A DNA stretch of 32,865 nt, from positions 1 to 32,865 of the forward strand of contig JAGGAJ010000003.1 of NCBI GenBank assembly GCA_017889845.1. The letters run 5' to 3'. The notes beneath the pieces are model-generated. The model made no database searches, was not told where the DNA came from, and saw only the letters and a list, made by a program, of their open reading frames with translations. The stretch is from Deltaproteobacteria bacterium (GTDB lineage Bacteria; Desulfobacterota; Deferrimicrobia; Deferrimicrobiales; Deferrimicrobiaceae). A program made the position numbers and the translations under genes. Of the stretch, positions 1 through 6,992 are shown piece by piece; within the stretch, counting starts at the first letter, position 1, and each line of letters begins with the position of its first letter.

Positions 1-1
1 G

Positions 2-871
<870 letters not shown>

Positions 872-894
872 GGGCTGTCCCGCAAGGCAAGGCT

Positions 895-933
895 GGAATG
901 GCCAGGGAGGCAGCTCCCTGGCCATTCCCTTTT
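895..933 (+). terminator. Rho-independent terminator of icd
   Basis: Perfect 15-bp stem GGAATGGCCAGGGAG (895-909) / CTCCCTGGCCATTCC (914-928), GCAG loop, followed by CTTTT. Confidence 0.85.
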
Positions 934-987
934 GTGCGCTCCACGAGGTTGCCCCCCGGTCTGGGTACAACGCAGGGTGTTTGGTGA

Positions 988-1014
988 ATATTGTTGGCAA
1001 AGTGCCAACAATAT
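988..1014. promoter_or_regulatory. Perfect AT-rich inverted repeat (operator-like or hairpin)
   Basis: ATATTGTTGGCA-AAG-TGCCAACAATAT, 12-bp arms with 3-nt spacer, lying between two convergent genes. Confidence 0.45.
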
Positions 1015-1140
1015 ATCCAGGTACCCTCCCATCGATTCAGGGGATCGCGCGCGCCTCAAACTCAGGCAGTTCCTCGCATCTGCCCTGTTATCTCGAACGG
1101 GTCATTTGCCAGGTTCAACAGACGGGCGGGCTGCCTGCGC

Positions 1141-1491
1141 TCATTGGTGGCCTGGGTTCGGCGTCGTCCCGTTGCCGTTTCCGCTGCCGGCGGCGATTGC
1201 GATCCCGATCCCGATGAGCACGGCGGTCCCGGCGGCGATCCACCAGTACGTTCCGGAGGATTTTCCCTTCGCCGGTTCCTTCTCTGCCGCTTCCCCGGCC
1301 TTGGCCGCCTGGTTCGCGTCCGTTTCCGGAATCGGCGACACGCCGGGAACGGTCTCCTTTTTCGGCCACGTTTCCCAAGTGTCGGCCGCGATAACGCGGG
1401 TAACGGATCCCAGGCTCGTGGTGAGGAAACAGGCTGCGCAAAGGATAGCGACGACGGATTTGATCGTAGTCCGGATAAGGGGTCCGCGCAT
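1141..1491 (-). CDS. Small hypothetical exported/membrane protein (116 aa), probably co-transcribed with the multiheme cytochrome
   Basis: ATG is 12 nt after the cytochrome stop, with a GGGGA SD. N-terminal signal-like hydrophobic stretch, P/E/A/K-rich linker, C-terminal TM helix YWWIAAGTAVLIGIGIAIAA and a G/N-rich tail. Confidence 0.75.
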   Translation of the reverse strand: MRGPLIRTTIKSVVAILCAACFLTTSLGSVTRVIAADTWETWPKKETVPGVSPIPETDANQAAKAGEAAEKEPAKGKSSGTYWWIAAGTAVLIGIGIAIAAGSGNGNGTTPNPGHQ

Positions 1492-1503
1492 GTTAATCCC
1501 CCG

Positions 1504-3126
1504 TCACCAATTCTCTCTCCCGTGACATCCCGTAAGGCCTCCGTCCCGTGGATTGCAGCTGTTCCCGTTGTACCTGACGGCGGGAAGGATCGTCGCCCGA
1601 GGCGATTGCTCGAAAGCGGGCGTTGCCAGGTTGTCGAAATGGCCTGACACGTTCACCTTCGACTGATCGTGGCACCGTTTGCACGTCGCCGCGCTGAGTC
1701 CGAATACGTTGTCGGCGAGGTGCAGGCTGTGCCTTCCCGAGAAGTAGCTGTTGTACTGGGTCGTGCCGGCGACGTGACAGCTCAGGCACGCGTTGGGAAC
1801 GTCGATCGCGTTGGCCGTCGCCGTCTGCCAGTCGGGCGTCGCCTGCCCGCCGTGGCAGATCACGTTCGAGCAGGTCCGGCTCGCGGCGTTGAAGTCCGCC
1901 GTGCCGGACTCCGCGTTGTAGGCCCCGAGGAAGGCGACCTCGCCCGGGGGTACCCGCAAGGCGTCCTTGCCCGGTCGCGCGTTGGCCCGGTTGTAATGCT
2001 CCAGGGTGCCGGTATCCAGACCGTTGTGACACGGGGTGCATACCCCTACCCCGGGCAGCGCACCGTGGACGGCGTGTTTGCCGGCCACGTCCGGATACGT
2101 CGCGCCGGATGGCGGATCCCCATGGCAGGAGGTGCAGTTGAGCGATGTCAGGGGCGAGCCGGTCTGGTGGCACACCGTGCAGGTCGGCCCGGTATCCGTC
2201 GCCGACCCCGATTCGAAATGGCAGGAACCGCAGCTGGACGCGAAATCGGAAGACGTCACGGAGGTATGGTTCGTCCCCGTGAACGGCACGAGATGGCTCG
2301 CGCCCCCCCTCCAGGAGAAGTTGTCGTGGACGATCGTGTGGCAGGTAAAGGTCCCGCACGACTGTGCCGTGGCGTTGTAGTTGGCGGCCGAGCCGCCCGG
2401 CTCCATGGTCTGGCCCGCCGGGCCCTCCATCTGGGCCGTATTGAGGAACTGGAAGTGGTTCCCCGCCCCCGTGGTCCCGTTCGCCATGTTGTGGCACTCG
2501 GTGCACAGGATCGCTCCGCCCACCGTGGTGGACAGGTGCGCCGCGTGGAGGCCCGAGAACGGACTGTTGTTTTCGGGGGTCTGCGCGGCCGTACCGATCT
2601 TGTGGCACTGCCGGCACCCCGCGTCCGTGTTGACGGGTATCGTCCCGGTCTGCCAGCTGGGCGCCGTCACCGCGCCGTGGCAGCTCACGTTGGCGCAGGT
2701 GAGCGCGGCGTTGTCGAACGAAGCCGCCCCGGCCTTGGCGTTGTATGTGGCGAGTATTGCCGCATCGCCCGGTGGAATCCGCAAGGCGTCCTTCCCTGGC
2801 CGCGCGTTCGCCCGGTTGTAGTGCGCCAGGCTCCCGTTGTCCAGCCCGTTGTGGCAGGTGCCGCAGACCCCTGTGACGGAGGCCAAGGCGTCGTGCGTGG
2901 CGTGACGGCCGGCGACGTCCGGGTAAACGGTCCCCGACGGCGGCCGCGCGTGGCACGAGGTGCAGTTCGCGAAGGGCAGCGCAGTTCCCGACTGGTGGCA
3001 CACTGTGCAGAGCGGCGCCGTGCCGCTTGGCGAAACGCCGGTGATCGCATGGCACGCGGAGCAATCCGAATCGAAGCCAGCCTGGTTTGTCGCGGTATGT
3101 GCCGTTCCCTGGAAGGGGACGGGATG
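1504..3126 (-). repeat. Internal tandem duplication of a ~270-aa, 8-heme-motif unit in the cytochrome (units about 2296-3126 and 1504-2295)
   Basis: Both units start HxVPFxGTxH and share CTVCHQxG, CTSCH..PPSG..YPDVAG.HA.H, CHNGLD.G.L.HYNRANARPGKDALR.PPG and C.NV.CHG. Confidence 0.9.
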
Positions 3127-4191
3127 CGTCACACCGCCGGGACCCCCGGAATGACAGGAAATTCCGTTAAAGGAGGCAGAGAAGCAGCTCGGAGCGTTGG
3201 GATCCGGCCCCGTGCCGGCGCCGTCCACCTTGTGGCAAATGGCGCACGCCACGTTCCGGTTCCCGGAATCCCGGTGGGACGACACATAGGTTGGGAACGG
3301 TTGCGGCGCCTGGTACCAGCGGATCGGGTGCGCCCTTGCCTGCGGGTGGCAGGTAGAGGTCTGACAGGAGGTCGCCGCCGATCCGCCGTTGAACTGGATC
3401 GTCCCCGGCACCCCGTGGCAATCCTGACAGGACGACAGGTTCTGCTTGGCGGTCAACCCGTGGAACTGGTTGCTGGTTGGGTTGACCCATGTGGGCCCCA
3501 GGGTGTGGGGCGCCTCCACGGGGCCGTGGCACAGGGTGTTGTTGTAACATCCGGGCGCCGTACCAGGTGGCGCAGGAGTCGGATTCAGCGACGGGTCCGG
3601 GTTCAGGTTGTTGTCCCGGTGGCACTGGGCGCACACCGGTGCGTTCGCCCCCGCAGTGCCTGTGTGGGCGTAGGTGTCCCCGGTACGCCACTGGGACGGG
3701 TGCGGCGCCGGGGCCCCATGGCACTCCTCGCAGGCAGGCGCCGTCAGGAAACCGGAGAAGTTGCTCCCGTGGCAGACCTGGCAGGAGGCGAACCCGGAGC
3801 TGCCGGGAGCCTTCTTCGCGGAGTCCCCGTGGGGTTGGGACGTCGCACCCAAAGTGTTGTCGTACCAATTGCTGACCGGGCCGTGGTGGCACCCGGCCGG
3901 ATTGCCGAAGCAGGAAGTCCCGGAGGTCCCGCCGGAGAGGTCCGCACCGTGGCATTCGGCGCAGGAACTGCTTCCGCCGTTGGCGATGTAGGTCAGTGTG
4001 GCGGACGTCGCGTGACGGCCGCCGGTGGGAACCACCACCCAATCCGGCGGGCTGGTCATACCGCCGGAGGAGTTGTCGTCCGCGCATCCGGAGATCCCTG
4101 CGAAGGCGACCAGCAGGAGGATCAGCGACAGCGTGGAAAGTCGAAGGTCCCGGAAGGAAAGGTCCCGGAAAGAATGGATGGGGACCGTCAT
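1504..4191 (-). CDS. Large lipoprotein multiheme c-type cytochrome (CxxCH / CxxxxCH type), up to 26 hemes
   Basis: AGGAGG SD, lipobox ISG-C after a hydrophobic core, and 18 CxxCH plus 8 CX4-9CH motifs by manual count. Resembles Geobacter-type CxxxxCH...CxxCH domain cytochromes. Confidence 0.93.
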   Translation of the reverse strand: MTVPIHSFRDLSFRDLRLSTLSLILLLVAFAGISGCADDNSSGGMTSPPDWVVVPTGGRHATSATLTYIANGGSSSCAECHGADLSGGTSGTSCFGNPAGCHHGPVSNWYDNTLGATSQPHGDSAKKAPGSSGFASCQVCHGSNFSGFLTAPACEECHGAPAPHPSQWRTGDTYAHTGTAGANAPVCAQCHRDNNLNPDPSLNPTPAPPGTAPGCYNNTLCHGPVEAPHTLGPTWVNPTSNQFHGLTAKQNLSSCQDCHGVPGTIQFNGGSAATSCQTSTCHPQARAHPIRWYQAPQPFPTYVSSHRDSGNRNVACAICHKVDGAGTGPDPNAPSCFSASFNGISCHSGGPGGVTHPVPFQGTAHTATNQAGFDSDCSACHAITGVSPSGTAPLCTVCHQSGTALPFANCTSCHARPPSGTVYPDVAGRHATHDALASVTGVCGTCHNGLDNGSLAHYNRANARPGKDALRIPPGDAAILATYNAKAGAASFDNAALTCANVSCHGAVTAPSWQTGTIPVNTDAGCRQCHKIGTAAQTPENNSPFSGLHAAHLSTTVGGAILCTECHNMANGTTGAGNHFQFLNTAQMEGPAGQTMEPGGSAANYNATAQSCGTFTCHTIVHDNFSWRGGASHLVPFTGTNHTSVTSSDFASSCGSCHFESGSATDTGPTCTVCHQTGSPLTSLNCTSCHGDPPSGATYPDVAGKHAVHGALPGVGVCTPCHNGLDTGTLEHYNRANARPGKDALRVPPGEVAFLGAYNAESGTADFNAASRTCSNVICHGGQATPDWQTATANAIDVPNACLSCHVAGTTQYNSYFSGRHSLHLADNVFGLSAATCKRCHDQSKVNVSGHFDNLATPAFEQSPRATILPAVRYNGNSCNPRDGGLTGCHGRENW
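4144..4173. repeat. 15-bp tandem duplication in the cytochrome signal peptide (SFRDL x2)
   Basis: aaggtcccggaagga / aaggtcccggaaaga, 14 of 15 identical. Confidence 0.8.
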
Positions 4192-4559
4192 GTCTCCTCC
4201 TGTCCTACCCGTGGTACTGCCTGCACTTCACGTCGTTCCTGTTTCCGTCGGCCCAAGCCCTAATCCCAGGAATCCATTCTGTTTACACCACATCGGTCAA
4301 GTCAAGCCCGAATTCTGTTATCGGCGACGAACCTGCTTGAAACGTAAAAAATCTCCTGATGATGGAGCAATTATTAGTCCATGGAAACACTCGCTGTGGA
4401 ATGTGGCTTTTCTCATATTGTTTCAACTGTCTTAATGAAATTAAAACGCAAATTGGTATTCGTGGCCTGAGTCGTCAGTGGTAAATCCGGTTCATTATTG
4501 TGGAAATATTTACTAATGACTGCGTTTCCAAAGGACGATATACCGGCGCCAGGGCAATG

Positions 4560-4593
4560 AAAAAGGGCTGACAACGGACCATTGCCAGCCCTT
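4560..4593 (-). terminator. Rho-independent terminator downstream of tRNA-Leu
   Basis: Minus strand AGGGCTGGCAA-TGGTCCG-TTGTCAGCCCT followed by TTTT, about 10 nt after the tRNA CCA. Confidence 0.8.
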
Positions 4594-4603
4594 CGGATTG
4601 CCT

Positions 4604-4690
4604 TGGTGCCGGAGGAGGGACTTGAACCCTCACGCCCTTGCGGGCACGGGATTTTGAGTCCCGCGCGTCTGCCAGTTCCACCACTCCGGC
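4604..4690 (-). tRNA. tRNA-Leu (anticodon CAA)
   Basis: GCCGGAG acceptor stem, D-loop TGGCAGAC, anticodon arm CGGGA-CT-CAA-AA-TCCCG, long variable arm GCCCGCAAGGGC, T-loop GTTCAAGTC, encoded CCA; 87 nt. Confidence 0.98.
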
Positions 4691-4715
4691 TTCCGGGAGT
4701 GCGCCCGGATTTTCC

Positions 4716-4745
4716 TTTATACACCGGTTCCCGATCCGTTTCCAA
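4716..4745 (-). promoter_or_regulatory. Putative sigma70 promoter for tRNA-Leu
   Basis: Minus strand TTGGAA-N18-TATAAA, ending 25 nt before tRNA position 1. Confidence 0.5.
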
Positions 4746-4846
4746 CATCCCGCCCCCGTCACTTCCGGGTCCGTCCGCATCGGGTCCCGCGTTCGGAAGC
4801 TCCACCGACACGCCGGGTATTCCCGCGCCGCAGGCGGGGGACGGAG

Positions 4847-4852
4847 TATAAT
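4847..4852 (+). promoter_or_regulatory. Consensus -10 box (TATAAT) 7 nt upstream of the cvpA ATG
   Basis: TATAAT-GTGCGCG-ATG, with no SD in between. Confidence 0.6.
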
Positions 4853-4859
4853 GTGCGCG

Positions 4860-5354
4860 ATGAATCCCGTAGACATCGCCCTCGCGGCCCTCTGCATCTG
4901 GTTCGCCGTGGCGGGTGCACTCCACGGCCTGGTCCGCCAGCTCTTCTCCATCGGGGGAATCGTGGCCGGCCACCTGCTGGGGATCCGGTATTACCCCGCG
5001 GCGCAGAAAGCCCTGCAACTTTCCTTCCCGCACTCCGAGGTGGCAGGCTATGCCGCAATCTTCCTGGTCACCTGCATCGTTGTCCGGCTGATCGGGGGGC
5101 TGGTGGAGGGGAAGGTGCGGGGGTCGAAGCTCTCCGGGATGGACCGGGGGGCGGGGCTGGTCGTCGGCCTGCTGAAGGGGGCGCTGCTCTCGGTCCTGGC
5201 GGTGTTCCTGCTCGTGGTGCTGCTTCCGAGGGACTCCCGCGTCCTGCGGGAATCGAAGGCGGCCCCCACGGCGATCGCCGCAGGCAGATGGCTGGCCGGG
5301 GTGTTTCCCCAGAAGATCGCGGAACCGTTCCGCGAGAAGGCGCCCTCCCGGTAG
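4860..5354 (+). CDS. cvpA: CvpA family (colicin V production) membrane protein
   Basis: MNPVDI start, G..HGLVRQLFS, four hydrophobic segments, DRGAGLVVGLLKG and ..ES.. motif typical of CvpA. Start reassigned from the ORF track. Confidence 0.88.
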   Translation: MNPVDIALAALCIWFAVAGALHGLVRQLFSIGGIVAGHLLGIRYYPAAQKALQLSFPHSEVAGYAAIFLVTCIVVRLIGGLVEGKVRGSKLSGMDRGAGLVVGLLKGALLSVLAVFLLVVLLPRDSRVLRESKAAPTAIAAGRWLAGVFPQKIAEPFREKAPSR

Positions 5355-5375
5355 TCCCTCCCCGCGATCCGCGCC

Positions 5376-6665
5376 TCACTCCCCCCGGATCGCCTTCCGC
5401 GACGTCTTGATGGCGCACAGGTCCGCGCACATGGTGCAGACCGCCTCGTCGACCGTGGGGAGGCTCCCGCCGCGCATGGCGCGGGCGCGCTCCGGGTCGA
5501 GGGAGAGGTCGATCTGCGCCTTCCAGTCCAGCGCGCGGCGGGCGTCCGCCATCCGGTTGTCCCGGTCCATAGCGCCTGGCAGCCCCCGGGCGATGTCGGC
5601 GGCGTGGGCGGCGATCTTTGCCGCCACCACGCCCTCGCGGACGTCCTCGACCGGCGGGAGGCGCAGATGCTCGGAGGGAGTGACGTAGCACAGGAAGTCC
5701 GCCCCGCTCCACGCCGCGATCGCTCCGCCGATGGCCGAGGTGATGTGGTCGTACCCCGGCGCGATGTCCGTGACGAGCGGACCGAGGACGTAGAACGGCG
5801 CCCCGTGGCACAGCCGCTTCTCCAGCGCGATGTTGGCCGCGATCTGGTGCATCGGCACGTGGCCGGGTCCCTCGATCATCACCTGCACGTCCCGCTCCCA
5901 GGCCCGCTCCGTGAGTTCCCCCAGCGTCATCAGTTCGTGGACCTGGGCCCGGTCGGTCGCGTCCGCCAGGCAACCGGGACGCAGCCCGTCGCCCAGGGAG
6001 ATGGTGATGTCGTATTCCCGGCAGACGTCGAGGAGCCGGTCGTACTGCTCGTAGAAGGGGTTCTCCTTCCCGTGGTACCCCATCCACTCGGCGAGGAGCG
6101 ACCCGCCGCGGCTGACGATGTCGAGCCGGCGTCCCTCCCGGACCAGGCGCCCGAGGGCGTCCCGGGTGACCCCGCAATGGACGGTCATGAAGTCGACGCC
6201 GTCCTCCGCCTGCTTCAGGATGCCCGCGAAGAAGTCGTCCGCCGACAGCTCCACCCACGACTTCCCCCGCAGGTTCCCGTCTGACGCCGCCTGGTAGACG
6301 GGAACGGTCCCGACGGGGACGGGGCACTCCGCGAGGATCGCGCGCCGGATCCCGTCGATCGGTCCCCCGGTCGAGAGGTCCATCACCGCGTCGGCCCCGG
6401 CCGAAACGGCGGCGCGCATCTTTTCGAGCTCGAGATCGAGGCTGGCGCGGTCCCTCGAGGAGCCCACGTTCGCGTTCACCTTCGCGGAGAGCCCCTCGCC
6501 GATGGCGACGGGCCGGATCTCCCGGCGTTTCCGGTTCCGCGGGATCACCGCCCTGCCGGAGGCGACGAGGTCCCGGAGCCGCTCCGGGGCCACTCCCTCG
6601 CCTTCCGCCGCCCGGACGATCTCCGGCGTCGGTTCCCCGTTCCGCGCGCGTCGCATCAGCGTCAT
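5376..6665 (-). CDS. thiC: Phosphomethylpyrimidine synthase ThiC (short type, 429 aa)
   Basis: KVNANVGSS, MDLSTGG, VGTVPVYQA, IVSRGGS, SLGDGLRPGC, EGPGH, PGYDHITSAIG, CYVTPSEHL and C-terminal CTMCADLC. GGAGG SD before ATG 6665. The upstream TPP riboswitch favours ThiC over the Bza paralogues. Confidence 0.95.
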   Translation of the reverse strand: MTLMRRARNGEPTPEIVRAAEGEGVAPERLRDLVASGRAVIPRNRKRREIRPVAIGEGLSAKVNANVGSSRDRASLDLELEKMRAAVSAGADAVMDLSTGGPIDGIRRAILAECPVPVGTVPVYQAASDGNLRGKSWVELSADDFFAGILKQAEDGVDFMTVHCGVTRDALGRLVREGRRLDIVSRGGSLLAEWMGYHGKENPFYEQYDRLLDVCREYDITISLGDGLRPGCLADATDRAQVHELMTLGELTERAWERDVQVMIEGPGHVPMHQIAANIALEKRLCHGAPFYVLGPLVTDIAPGYDHITSAIGGAIAAWSGADFLCYVTPSEHLRLPPVEDVREGVVAAKIAAHAADIARGLPGAMDRDNRMADARRALDWKAQIDLSLDPERARAMRGGSLPTVDEAVCTMCADLCAIKTSRKAIRGE

Positions 6666-6726
6666 GGCGTGCCTCCCTTTCCCCCGCATCCCTGGTGCAG
6701 CGTTCCCGGTGTGGCTGCCGGAAATG

Positions 6727-6756
6727 AAAAACCGCGCCAGGGGGACTGGCACGGTT
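6727..6756 (-). terminator. Terminator (expression platform) of the thiC TPP riboswitch
   Basis: Minus strand AACCGTGCCAG-TCCCC-CTGGCGCGGTT followed by TTT, between aptamer and thiC start. Confidence 0.8.
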
Positions 6757-6764
6757 CGAAGAGC

Positions 6765-6860
6765 ACCACGCTCCCTGCGCCGGCATTACCCGGGTCAGGT
6801 TCGACGGGTTGCCCGCCGCCACGGCGGCAGGCTCTCAGCGAAAAGCACCCCTGGCGGTTT
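6765..6860 (-). ncRNA. TPP (THI-box) riboswitch aptamer
   Basis: Minus strand AGGGGTGC...GCTGAGA...AACCCGTCGAACCTGACCCGGGTAATGCCGGCGCAGGGAG matches the TPP consensus; directly upstream of thiC. Confidence 0.95.
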
Positions 6861-6866
6861 CACTCC

Positions 6867-6896
6867 ATGATACGGCCGCCGGGAAGGCGCTGTCAA
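6867..6896 (-). promoter_or_regulatory. sigma70 promoter of the thiC leader
   Basis: TTGACA-N18-TATCAT, ending about 6 nt before the riboswitch 5' end. Confidence 0.8.
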
Positions 6897-6925
6897 ACGC
6901 CCCCGCGCACTTTCCCCCCGCGTCC

Positions 6926-6955
6926 TTTACTTGCCGGGGGGGGGTGGGGTAGACT
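6926..6955 (+). promoter_or_regulatory. Putative sigma70 promoter of the alr-mla-pur run
   Basis: TTTACT-N18-TAGACT; the spacer contains a G9 tract (6936-6944). Confidence 0.4.
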
Positions 6956-6992
6956 TCTCGAAATATACAAGGGGTTTCCACGAGGTCCCCGG

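Noticed and set aside
4063-4072. gccggaggag match to the tRNA 3' region as a possible att site
   Set aside because: Only 10 bp, inside the cytochrome CDS, and expected by chance.
1669-4263. Long antisense or alternate-frame ORFs (e.g. 1669-4263 +, 9397-11673 -, 11189-14101 -, 18291-20456 -, 23333-25177 +)
   Set aside because: They are shadows of well-supported genes in GC-rich DNA; Arg/Gly/Pro-rich with no recognisable motifs.
4192-4560. Cyclic dinucleotide (GEMM-I) riboswitch upstream of the cytochrome
   Set aside because: No GGCAAA...GAAA...GACGCAAAG / CTAA consensus on the minus strand.
5376-6665. BzaA/B/F (benzimidazole synthesis) instead of ThiC
   Set aside because: It is preceded by a clear TPP riboswitch, not a cobalamin one, and has no cobamide gene neighbours.
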